Part shown: positions 10,260 through 17,901 of the stretch, one piece after another
How the letters are laid out: each line of letters begins with the position of its first letter
Position numbering within the stretch: the first letter of the stretch is position 1
NCBI GenBank assembly: GCA_023474425.1
Contig: JAMCXX010000003.1
Span: 21,712 to 85,711, forward strand
DNA length: 64,000 nucleotides
Origin: Patescibacteria group bacterium
Lineage (GTDB): Bacteria > Patescibacteriota > WWE3 > JAMCXX01
Direction of reading: 5' to 3'
Notes under the pieces: generated by a model
The model's input: the letters and a program-made list of their open reading frames with translations, nothing else
The model's database searches: none
Told to the model about the DNA's origin: nothing
Position numbers and translations under genes: made by a program

Positions 10260-11168
10260 TCAAATTGTCACCGACCCGAAAAGGGAGTCGCTGGCACCGT
10301 GGATGCGAAGGTTTGGCCTTGCGTTCCACATGCCTCCCAGACATTTCCACTGTGTTCGCCGTAAGTCAAAGCCAAAAAAGACGCGGTAAATCATTTTCAT
10401 TTTACCGTCGCCGTTTAAATTCACGGGTTCCACAAACGGTTGGAGATACATCTGCCCACAACGGCTCAGAGTCTTACCGACGGCCGTGCGGGTGGACGAC
10501 CCTCTGGTTCCGTAGAGTGGGTGTCCTTTTGGAATCCAAAACTCAATATCGCGGCATTTGCTACCCTGAACCGGCTTGAGAACAAAGGCCTCGTCCCAGG
10601 GCAATTCATCTCCGGCGGCGACCAACTGCCAGAGTTTCATGTTGAGTCCGTAGCTCTTGTTGCCCTTCTCTTTTAAGGAGCTCACGGAGTACGACTCTAG
10701 ACCGTGGAACTCACTTTCGTCCGGCTCCGCCCTTATTAGAACCAGCTCGTCGCCGTGACGCCCGAGTTTAAGAACTCTGGTCCACAAGTGGTCATCAATA
10801 GAGTGTCTCTGCGGCGAAGCGATTACGCTGACCTTCGGCCACGATTTCCGGACTTCTTCCAGTAACCGCTTGAATTGTGGGTTGTGCCTGTACGAGATGC
10901 CAATACCCGCCGGACGCTCTTCGATTTCGTAAAGATTCAACCGGTGTCCGTTAGGAGCCATGTCCAGTCGGACGATGAGTGAAGGAATTCCCAGCTGGGT
11001 GCGGGCCCAAGTGGCCTCGTATGGAAATCTGTTCTGCCATCGTCGGATAACTCCTAACCCCTCTTCAATCGCCCAGTGCGGCAATTGGAAAGTTTTGGAG
11101 CTTATATTGACCTGCCAGGTACTGTTTTGCTTCCACCCAAGACATGAAAGCAAATTTGATACAAGCAT
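10260..11168 (-). CDS. ATP-grasp-like ligase (glutathionylspermidine-synthase / circularly permuted ATP-grasp-like motifs)
   Basis: VRLD...LYEIEERPAGIG near the N-terminus; FVLKPVQGSK, MYLQPFVEP and GG..RP..IHG later; start reassigned to the ATG after SD AAGGAGG. Confidence 0.55.
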   Translation of the reverse strand: MLVSNLLSCLGWKQNSTWQVNISSKTFQLPHWAIEEGLGVIRRWQNRFPYEATWARTQLGIPSLIVRLDMAPNGHRLNLYEIEERPAGIGISYRHNPQFKRLLEEVRKSWPKVSVIASPQRHSIDDHLWTRVLKLGRHGDELVLIRAEPDESEFHGLESYSVSSLKEKGNKSYGLNMKLWQLVAAGDELPWDEAFVLKPVQGSKCRDIEFWIPKGHPLYGTRGSSTRTAVGKTLSRCGQMYLQPFVEPVNLNGDGKMKMIYRVFFGFDLRRTQWKCLGGMWNARPNLRIHGASDSLFGSVTI

Positions 11169-11196
11169 TTTTAACCCTCCTTCTTTAGGTGTTGCC

Positions 11197-11430
11197 TTAG
11201 GTCTGAATGCCGGTGCGGGTTGCCTCAAACCCCTGGGCGGTTTGGTGGATGAGTTCGGTGTCGTGTCCTAAACACTTGGAATCCGGGCAATTTCCGTTGC
11301 CTTTAATTTTTTGACAACGCCGCCCGCAGGGCATGGCGCCGCAGGTAGTAGCCCAGCGGGTGTTGCTGGTCGTCGTAGCAGTTCTGTGCGATCTAAGCAG
11401 ATAGATCGCCGCTTGCGAATGGCTCGACAC
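11197..11430 (-). CDS. Small Cys-rich peptide (77 aa)
   Basis: Strong SD AAAGGAGG before GTG; TTCGAMPCGRRCQK..GNCPDSKC (5 Cys). Confidence 0.55.
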   Translation of the reverse strand: MSSHSQAAIYLLRSHRTATTTSNTRWATTCGAMPCGRRCQKIKGNGNCPDSKCLGHDTELIHQTAQGFEATRTGIQT

Positions 11431-11681
11431 GTACCCTCCTTTATGAGATTTGGATTTTTGTAAACGGTGGCAGGCAGCGGATCCGGAAAAATTGTTGTTG
11501 GTTCCGCCTCCTCCGGATCCGATTTCTGCCGCCGTTTTTTTTGTGTGCTGTCTCTATCTTTCCTGCAAGTTTATCCGGGTCCACTTTTCAACAATGTAAC
11601 CCTTCCCTTAATCCGCCTTCGCTGAAGCTTCGGCGGGATTGATGGTTGCTAGATTCGGTCGAACGCTCATCAAGCAACCAT

Positions 11682-11708
11682 AAAAAAACCCCGCCTTTTG
11701 GCGGGGTT
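11682..11708 (-). terminator. Attenuator terminator
   Basis: Minus strand AACCCCGCC-AAAA-GGCGGGGTT followed by T-run. Confidence 0.85.
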
Positions 11709-11734
11709 GAAAGCTGCGAAAAACGGTTAAAGAT

Positions 11735-11839
11735 TCACCGCAACTTCCAACCCTCCTTAATAATAAGGACAAAAAGGCGGGCCTCAATCATTTGGGACCA
11801 ATAACAATTCATTTTTTTGTTGGCGGCCTTATTAACCAT
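11735..11839 (-). CDS. Putative attenuator leader peptide (34 aa, leaderless start)
   Basis: MVNKAANKKMNCYWSQMIEARLFVLIIKEGWKLR*; ATG 7 nt after TAGAAT; its 3' end can pair with the 5' side of the terminator. Confidence 0.55.
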   Translation of the reverse strand: MVNKAANKKMNCYWSQMIEARLFVLIIKEGWKLR

Positions 11840-11846
11840 ATCTTTA

Positions 11847-11876
11847 ATTCTAAGCATAAATTAATTTCTCCGTCAA
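11847..11876 (-). promoter_or_regulatory. Sigma70-type promoter of the leader region
   Basis: TTGACG-N18-TAGAAT on the minus strand. Confidence 0.6.
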
Positions 11877-12559
11877 GGGGTTGGCTTAGCGGCAGGCGTA
11901 GCCTGGGGCGTAGCTGCCGTTTGTGGCATAATTGCCACCAGCCGTCCTGTTAAAACTCCGGTATCCTCTTTAATAGCCACGGCCGCGACGGTTGCCCCGC
12001 TTAAAAGCTGGGCGGAGGTTACTTTTCGGCCGTTTTGTTCGAAAGCCGTCTGGCTATTAAAGTTTATTTCATAGGTCTGGTTGTTCGAACTAATAGTAAA
12101 AGAAGTGGCAGAAATCTGGTTGACGACTCCCATTAGGGCTACTTTGTTAATGATCTTGAGGACTTTGGATTTGGCTACTACCTCACGGGCGAGGAAGGTG
12201 CCATCGGTGGCGGCGGCGCCGGCGATAGCTACGCGGTCACCAACGGTTAGTTGGGAGAGATAGGCCAAACGCCCGCCGCGATAAAATTTGGTGACTTCGG
12301 TAGCGGTAACGCTGACGGCCGCTCCGTCGTCGGTATTTACCACCAAAACCTTGCCGGAAATACTTTGCAAGTCGCCCAGAAGAACTTTGCCGGCAAAGAG
12401 GTTGACGGTTTTTTGCTCGGAAGTCGAGACCGGCGGCGTTGAGGTCACAGCGGGATTACCCGTATCGCTTTGAGCCGTTACACGAGCAGAAACGATAGTT
12501 ATGAGTACCGGTAAAACGGCCAACAACAGTAAATTTTTGCGGGTTTTTAAAAGCTTCAT
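11873..12559 (-). CDS. Secreted protein with two DUF5666-like OB-fold repeats
   Basis: Signal peptide; repeated 'G....ISG..L.V....TKF....LTVGDRVAI.G......LAREV' units. Confidence 0.7.
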   Translation of the reverse strand: MKLLKTRKNLLLLAVLPVLITIVSARVTAQSDTGNPAVTSTPPVSTSEQKTVNLFAGKVLLGDLQSISGKVLVVNTDDGAAVSVTATEVTKFYRGGRLAYLSQLTVGDRVAIAGAAATDGTFLAREVVAKSKVLKIINKVALMGVVNQISATSFTISSNNQTYEINFNSQTAFEQNGRKVTSAQLLSGATVAAVAIKEDTGVLTGRLVAIMPQTAATPQATPAAKPTP

Positions 12560-12566
12560 AATTGAC

Positions 12567-13043
12567 TTAAGGCATGTAAACAACGTTCAATACTTCCGAT
12601 TTTGATTGTCCCTTGGAATCAAAAGCGGTAACCGTAATCTGATTTTCTCCCATGTCCAGAGCCAGAGTTGCCGAAAAAGCGCCGGAGACGTCGGCGGTCG
12701 CAATCGTTTCATCGGAGGCGTCGGACAGAGCCACCGAGGCCTTTGGACCGGTTGTTCCTTCTATGGTTAGAGTCGGGGAAGCAACCACATCCTGCATCTG
12801 CGGCGTATTGATATTTAATACAACACCCGTTGATTCCGGTGTGCCGGCCGATGGAGTGGATTGCGATTGGCTTTGTTCATTTTGCGGCGGTGTTAGAATT
12901 CCCTGATTGGGCGGATTTTGGCTGCGGTTGGAAAGAGCGTTGTACCAAACGTAAATAATGGCGATTAAAAGTCCCAGGGAAATGAGGGACAAAATAATTA
13001 GAAGCGGTTTTTCCGATTTGTTCATCGCGTCGTTTTTAGCCAT
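12567..13043 (-). CDS. Membrane-anchored protein with Ig-like domain
   Basis: N-terminal TM, low-complexity linker, 'LTIEGTT..A.V...GAFSATLALDMGENQITVTA'. Confidence 0.7.
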   Translation of the reverse strand: MAKNDAMNKSEKPLLIILSLISLGLLIAIIYVWYNALSNRSQNPPNQGILTPPQNEQSQSQSTPSAGTPESTGVVLNINTPQMQDVVASPTLTIEGTTGPKASVALSDASDETIATADVSGAFSATLALDMGENQITVTAFDSKGQSKSEVLNVVYMP

Positions 13044-13112
13044 CGCCTCTACAGGTTAAAAGATTTGTTTCCTTCTTGTCAAGCCGGGATGTTTGGTGTT
13101 AAGTTTGTTGTG

Positions 13113-13781
13113 ATGGAAGTTACTTATTTAGGCCATTCCTGTTTTAAGGTTGATGAACGCCGCGGGCAAAACGGCTCGGTTTCTTTAATCGTTGACCCGT
13201 ACGATGCCGGCATGGTGGGTTTTGGCCTTAAAAAGGGCTTGACGGCCGACTTGGTTTTGGTAACACACAGCCACGGCGATCACAATTTTGTTTCGGCGGT
13301 TTCGGGCAGTCCCTTTGTTATTGCCGGCCCGGGGGAATACGAGGTGAAGGGGGTTAAGGTCACCGGCGTCAAAAGTTTTCACGATGAGCAGGAGGGCAAG
13401 CAGCGCGGTCTAAACACGATTTACAGTTGGCTTATGGGCGGGGTGAGTTTTTGCCATTTGGGTGATTTGGGCCAAGTGCTTTCCGACAACCAAATAAACG
13501 AAATCGGCAAAGTTGATGTGCTTTTTGTGCCGGTGGGCGGTTTTTACACCATTGACGCCAAGAAGGCCATTGAGGTGGTTAACCAATTGGAGCCCCTCGT
13601 GGTTGTGCCCATGCACTACAAAAGGACGGAGCTTTCGGCCAATCTTCAAAAGGTTTTGGCGCCGGTTTCCGATTTTACCAAGGAGTTTGGCCAGTCGGTC
13701 AAAAGCGAGACCGTCTTAAAAGTTGCCAAAGACAGCCTGCCTTTGGAGATGGAAGTGATTGTTCTTGAAAAATCCTCGTAG
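13113..13781 (+). CDS. MBL-fold metallo-hydrolase
   Basis: YLGHSCF, THSHGDH, PGEYEV, HLGDLG, PMHY. Confidence 0.92.
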   Translation: MEVTYLGHSCFKVDERRGQNGSVSLIVDPYDAGMVGFGLKKGLTADLVLVTHSHGDHNFVSAVSGSPFVIAGPGEYEVKGVKVTGVKSFHDEQEGKQRGLNTIYSWLMGGVSFCHLGDLGQVLSDNQINEIGKVDVLFVPVGGFYTIDAKKAIEVVNQLEPLVVVPMHYKRTELSANLQKVLAPVSDFTKEFGQSVKSETVLKVAKDSLPLEMEVIVLEKSS

Positions 13782-13851
13782 AAATTAATCTTGATTTCGT
13801 TGTCTTATCTGCCCCCACACTTAATGTTGTGGTTCTATTTTGCTTAGTGTT

Positions 13852-15162
13852 ATGGCTGAAAGGTTACCGCCCCAGAATACCGATGCCGAAGAGTCGGTTT
13901 TGGGGGCGCTTTTGATTGACAAAGATTCAATTATTAGGGTGGCGGCACTTTTGTCGCCGGCCCATTTTTATCGCGACGCCAACGGGGAAATTTATGCCGC
14001 CATTTTAAGTCTTTACGAGAGGCGTGAGCCGGCAGACCTTGTGACCGTGCCCAACGAGCTTAGCAAAAAAAAGAAGCTGGAGTCGGTGGGGGGCCTAACC
14101 TATCTTTCTTCGCTCGTGGCCAAGGTGCCCTCGAGCGCCAACGTGGAGTACTACGCCAACATTGTGCGCGACGCCTTCGTAAAACGCCAATTAATTGCCG
14201 CCAGCGCCAAGATTTCCGAATCGGCTTTTGACAGCAATACCCAAAGCCGCGACCTCTTGGACAAAGCCGAGCGCTCCCTTTTTTCCATTTCGCAGGAATA
14301 TTTGCATCAGTATTTTGTTTCGGTTAAAGAAGTTTTGGAAACCTCGTTTGACAGGCTCGAGGCTTTGCACAAAAGCGGATCCAGCATACGGGGAGTTCCC
14401 ACCGGTCTTAAAAGCTTAGACGAGAAACTTTCGGGTTTGCAGGAGAGTAATCTTATTATCCTTGCGGCGCGGCCATCGGTGGGAAAAACTTCGCTGGCCT
14501 TAAACATTGCCCAGCACGCGGCCGTGGAGAAAAAAATTCCCGTGGCCGTTTTTTCTTTGGAAACTTCGCGGGAACAGCTTGTGGACAGGCTTCTTTCGGC
14601 CCAGGCCGATGTGGACGGCTGGCGCATTACCACGGGGAGGCTTGAGGAGGAGGACTTCCGTAAAATCGGCGAGGCTATGGGCGAGCTTTCCGAGGCGCCT
14701 ATTTTTATTGACGACACGCCGGGCATAAACGTTTTGGAAATCCGCACCAAAGCGCGAAGGCTTCAAATGGAGCAGGGAATAAAGCTTGTGGTGGTGGATT
14801 ATTTGCAGTTGGCTCACGGGCAAAACACCGAAAACCGCGTGCAGGAAGTTTCCGAGGTGTCCCAATCACTCAAGAATTTAGCCCGGGAACTGCATGTGCC
14901 GGTTCTGGCCCTTTCCCAGCTTAACCGTTCCATTGAAAGCCGCGGGGAGAGGCGGCCTCAGCTTTCGGATTTGCGGGAGTCGGGGAGTCTTGAGCAGGAC
15001 GCCGATGTGGTGATTTTTCTTTATCGTGAGGACGACGAAAATCGTTCCGAGGTGCGTCTTTCCATTTCCAAGCACCGCAACGGGCCCACCGGAGAGATTG
15101 ATTTATACTTTAGGGGCGAGCGTACCAAATTCTTTGAAACGGAAAAATTGAAGGTGGAATAA
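13852..15162 (+). CDS. dnaB: Replicative DNA helicase
   Basis: PPQNTDAEESVLG, AARPSVGKTS, VDYLQL, LSQLNR, LSDLRESGSLEQDAD, KHRNGPTG. Confidence 0.98.
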   Translation: MAERLPPQNTDAEESVLGALLIDKDSIIRVAALLSPAHFYRDANGEIYAAILSLYERREPADLVTVPNELSKKKKLESVGGLTYLSSLVAKVPSSANVEYYANIVRDAFVKRQLIAASAKISESAFDSNTQSRDLLDKAERSLFSISQEYLHQYFVSVKEVLETSFDRLEALHKSGSSIRGVPTGLKSLDEKLSGLQESNLIILAARPSVGKTSLALNIAQHAAVEKKIPVAVFSLETSREQLVDRLLSAQADVDGWRITTGRLEEEDFRKIGEAMGELSEAPIFIDDTPGINVLEIRTKARRLQMEQGIKLVVVDYLQLAHGQNTENRVQEVSEVSQSLKNLARELHVPVLALSQLNRSIESRGERRPQLSDLRESGSLEQDADVVIFLYREDDENRSEVRLSISKHRNGPTGEIDLYFRGERTKFFETEKLKVE

Positions 15163-15214
15163 AAAAGACCGCATCAGAATCGTTTTTCTTGACGCGGTCT
15201 GTGCGGTTTTCCGG

Positions 15215-15427
15215 TTAGCGTTGTCTAAGTTTATAAACATCTCTCCCTTCGATGATTTTACTGACAATCGGGCGATCGGTGTTGAACTGTTCGCCGCCGG
15301 TTATGGGTTCCAGAACCTGCCAAATAACCGGCCACTCCGCTTGAAGAAGCCGGGTAAAGTCGCCGCTTGTTAGTCCGCCGGGGTGGGATTTCAAAAGTTC
15401 CAAAATCTTTTGCTGCAGTCCGTCCAT
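15215..15427 (-). CDS. Small orphan protein (possible winged helix)
   Basis: SD AAGGAG upstream; 'QQKILELLKSHPGGLTSGDF'; hairpin at about 15165-15200 downstream. Confidence 0.6.
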   Translation of the reverse strand: MDGLQQKILELLKSHPGGLTSGDFTRLLQAEWPVIWQVLEPITGGEQFNTDRPIVSKIIEGRDVYKLRQR

Positions 15428-15497
15428 GTCTTTTCTCCTTTTTTGGACCCGTTTAAGTTTTTTAGATTTTATCCGTTATAATAGAGGGTGTCAAACG

Positions 15498-15587
15498 GCC
15501 GATGTGGTGGAACTGGTAGACACGCACGACTCAAAATCGTGTGAGCCTTAAAAGCTCGTGTCGGTTCGACTCCGACCATCGGCACCA
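15498..15587 (+). tRNA. tRNA-Leu(CAA)
   Basis: Acceptor GCCGATG/CATCGGC, anticodon arm CACGA-CTCAAAA-TCGTG, long variable arm, GTTCGA, encoded CCA. Confidence 0.95.
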
Positions 15588-15699
15588 CCGAGTCATCTAG
15601 TTAGACTCGATGGCGAGGTGAGCCAAGTCTGACTTGGCCAGGTTTTTATATAAGTAGATGAACGAAAAGTATAGAGAAACCATTTTCAGATCGGAATTC

Positions 15700-15747
15700 G
15701 TCATCCTGGCCGAGTCCAGGATCGATGCTGGAGCCGCCCAGCATGAC
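15700..15747. repeat. GTCAT..ATGAC composite palindrome (REP/RPE-like)
   Basis: GTCATCCTGG..CCAGGAT-CG-ATGCTGG..CCAGCATGAC. Confidence 0.6.
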
Positions 15748-15830
15748 GACCCCGGGAATTCCAATCTGTGTGTGTTATGTGACACTACGTTTACATGTTG
15801 TTTAGTTAAGTGAGACACCTAGAAATCTTT

Positions 15831-15877
15831 GCACCCGTAGCTTAATTGGATAGATCCGGCTCAGCCGGATTCCGGAG
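15831..15877 (+). pseudogene. tRNA-Arg-like 5' half remnant interrupted by a palindrome
   Basis: GCACCCGTAGCTTAATTGGATAGA, then TCCGGCTCAGCCGGA hairpin and TTCCGGA. Confidence 0.5.
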
Positions 15878-15888
15878 TTGATCTTCTT

Positions 15889-15964
15889 GTGCCTGTAGCT
15901 CAGGGGATAGAGCGTGCGCCTCCGGAGCGCAAGGTCGGGAGTTCGAATCTCCCCAGGCATACCA
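15889..15964 (+). tRNA. tRNA-Arg(CCG)
   Basis: Acceptor GTGCCTG/CAGGCAT, anticodon arm TGCGC-CTCCGGA-GCGCA, GTTCGAAT, encoded CCA; 76 nt. Confidence 0.95.
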
Positions 15965-15978
15965 TAGTCGGAGCGGTT

Positions 15979-16025
15979 GGGCGCCTGCCTGCCGCAGGCA
16001 GGTTCGAGTCGCCCTGGGCGCACCA
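15979..16025 (+). pseudogene. tRNA 3' half remnant with CCTGCC..GCAGG palindrome inserted in the T-arm
   Basis: GGGCG[CCTGCCTGCCGCAGGCA]GGTTCGAGTCGCCC-TGGGCGC-A-CCA. Confidence 0.55.
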
Positions 16026-16350
16026 ATAAGCCCTATAGTTGACAAACTGTTTTTTCTTTTTCCAAAAAATTGTGAGAAGGCACCGTCTTTTGCAGAATAA
16101 GATCCTATTTGTTATGCACATTAAAATATACAACGCTACATAGCGTTATATAATTTGAACTTGGAAATGGCTTAGTTCCGGCATTTTGCATACCTATCCC
16201 GATAATATGACTATTCAAATAAAAGATTATAAATAAACTCCTATTTCTTGCCGGAAAACTTTTTTTACAAAACTTCCAAAAGTTTTTTGGACTATAATGT
16301 GTGCAGGGGGTTGAAATAATTTTAGTTTCCACAAAAGGAGGTGGTAGTTT

Positions 16351-16749
16351 ATGAACGGTTACATCGTAAACATAGAAAAATCTTCCCTGGAAAATAAGTT
16401 CTTCCGAAAGGTTCTTTATACTGCAAAGCACAGCCAACTGGTTTTAATGTCTCTTAAACCCAAAGAAGAAATCGGTGAGGAAATCCACCATCTTGACCAG
16501 TTCATCCGCATAGAGTTCGGAGAAGGTCTTGCAATTTTGGACGGAATAGAACACCAAATATCCGACGGTTCTGCTATTGTAATTCCTGCCGGAACCAGGC
16601 ACAACATTATTAATTCTTCGGTTCAAAAGGACATGAAACTTTATACCGTTTACAGCCCTGCGGAACACCGCGACGGGGTTATTCACAAAACCAGAGCCGA
16701 TGCCCTGGCAGATAAGGACGATGAATTTGACGGAAAAACCACGGAATGA
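16351..16749 (+). CDS. Cupin domain protein
   Basis: FRKVLYT, EEIGEEIH..DQF, IPAGTRHNIIN, KLYTVYSP; SD AAAAGGAGG. Confidence 0.9.
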   Translation: MNGYIVNIEKSSLENKFFRKVLYTAKHSQLVLMSLKPKEEIGEEIHHLDQFIRIEFGEGLAILDGIEHQISDGSAIVIPAGTRHNIINSSVQKDMKLYTVYSPAEHRDGVIHKTRADALADKDDEFDGKTTE

Positions 16750-16770
16750 CATATTTATATTGTTTTAATT

Positions 16771-17334
16771 ATGTCCAACATTCCCGTTAACGATTTACGC
16801 AAAGGCGAAGTTTTTAAAGAAAACGGCCAGCCCTTTGTTGTTGTTAAATACAGCCACGTTAAAATGGGCCGCGGCAATGCCGTTATTAAAATTAAGGCCA
16901 AAAACCTAAAAACGGGTGCCGTTTTGGAAAAGTCATTTCTTTCCGGAAGTTCCGTGGAAGAGGCCGACGTGGAAAAAATCAAAGTGCAGTACCTTTACAA
17001 GAGTGGCGAAACCTACTCTTTTATGGACAGCCAGACCTTTGAAACCATTGAACTTTCGAGAAGCTTTATTGGCGACGATGTTAATTATCTTAAAGAAGGT
17101 GAGCCTTGCCAACTTTTAAAGTTTGAAGGCGGGCCGGTAAGTTTAGAGTTGCCGCTGAGCGTCGTTTTAAAAATTGCGGAAACGGGTTCGGGTTTTAAGG
17201 GAAACTCGGTAACCAATATGATGAAGCCGGCTAAACTGGAAACGGGGTTAGAGGTGCAGGTTCCCAACTTTATTAATGAAGGCGAATCGGTTAAAATAGA
17301 TACACGCACGGGCGAATATGTTGAGAGGGCCTAG
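16771..17334 (+). CDS. efp: Elongation factor P
   Basis: DLRKG, HVKMGRGNA, QYLY, FMD, KPAKLETG, VPNFI, IDTRTGEYVER. Confidence 0.96.
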   Translation: MSNIPVNDLRKGEVFKENGQPFVVVKYSHVKMGRGNAVIKIKAKNLKTGAVLEKSFLSGSSVEEADVEKIKVQYLYKSGETYSFMDSQTFETIELSRSFIGDDVNYLKEGEPCQLLKFEGGPVSLELPLSVVLKIAETGSGFKGNSVTNMMKPAKLETGLEVQVPNFINEGESVKIDTRTGEYVERA

Positions 17335-17354
17335 AGCCCCGCGCCCGCTAAACC

Positions 17355-17738
17355 ATGAATGTTGTCTTCGCAACGGCCTCAGCCACACCTTCAGGAATTG
17401 CCGTAGGAAGCATTGTTGCCGATTTTTTTGGCGGCTTGCCTTTTTACCTTTTTAATTTATTTTTCCTTTCCTATCTTGTTTTTTTGTGGGTTTTTCTGGT
17501 GCGCTGGGTGGGGCAAGATGCTTTGAGGCGTGGTATTGAGGGGTCGCGCCGTCAGGCATACATGATTCTTGTTCTCATTTTTAGTTTTCCCGGTCTTTTT
17601 CTCTATCTTCTTTTGCGGCCGCCTCTGACTTTGGATGAGCAAAAGCGGGCGGAAATGGAAGAGGAAGTGATTACTTTGGAATTGGAGAAACTCCGTAGAG
17701 AATCCACATCCCGGACGCCAAGTATAAATTCTAAATAA
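17355..17738 (+). CDS. Membrane protein (2-3 TM plus coiled coil)
   Basis: WV..DA.RRG, GLFLYLLLRPP pattern. Confidence 0.7.
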   Translation: MNVVFATASATPSGIAVGSIVADFFGGLPFYLFNLFFLSYLVFLWVFLVRWVGQDALRRGIEGSRRQAYMILVLIFSFPGLFLYLLLRPPLTLDEQKRAEMEEEVITLELEKLRRESTSRTPSINSK

Positions 17739-17756
17739 CTCCCTAACATAAGACGT

Positions 17757-17872
17757 AATTTGAAGTTTTAAATTTACAATTTGAATTGAATTTTCAATGA
17801 CTCAATTTAAAATGTTTGAAATATTGAATCATTTGATGTTAATTTCAAATTTAAAAGTTCAAATTGAAAATT
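17757..17872. repeat. AT-rich inverted-repeat element made of degenerate 7-8-mers
   Basis: AATTTGAAGTTTTAAATTT ... AAATTTAAAAGTTCAAATT (19-bp inverted repeat, one mismatch). Confidence 0.6.
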
Positions 17873-17901
17873 AAGTTTGATGTATCTGCTATCCTTATAA
17901 T

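Noticed and set aside
15802..16133. Short ORFs over the tRNA region
   Set aside because: They are antisense translations of tRNA and palindrome sequence
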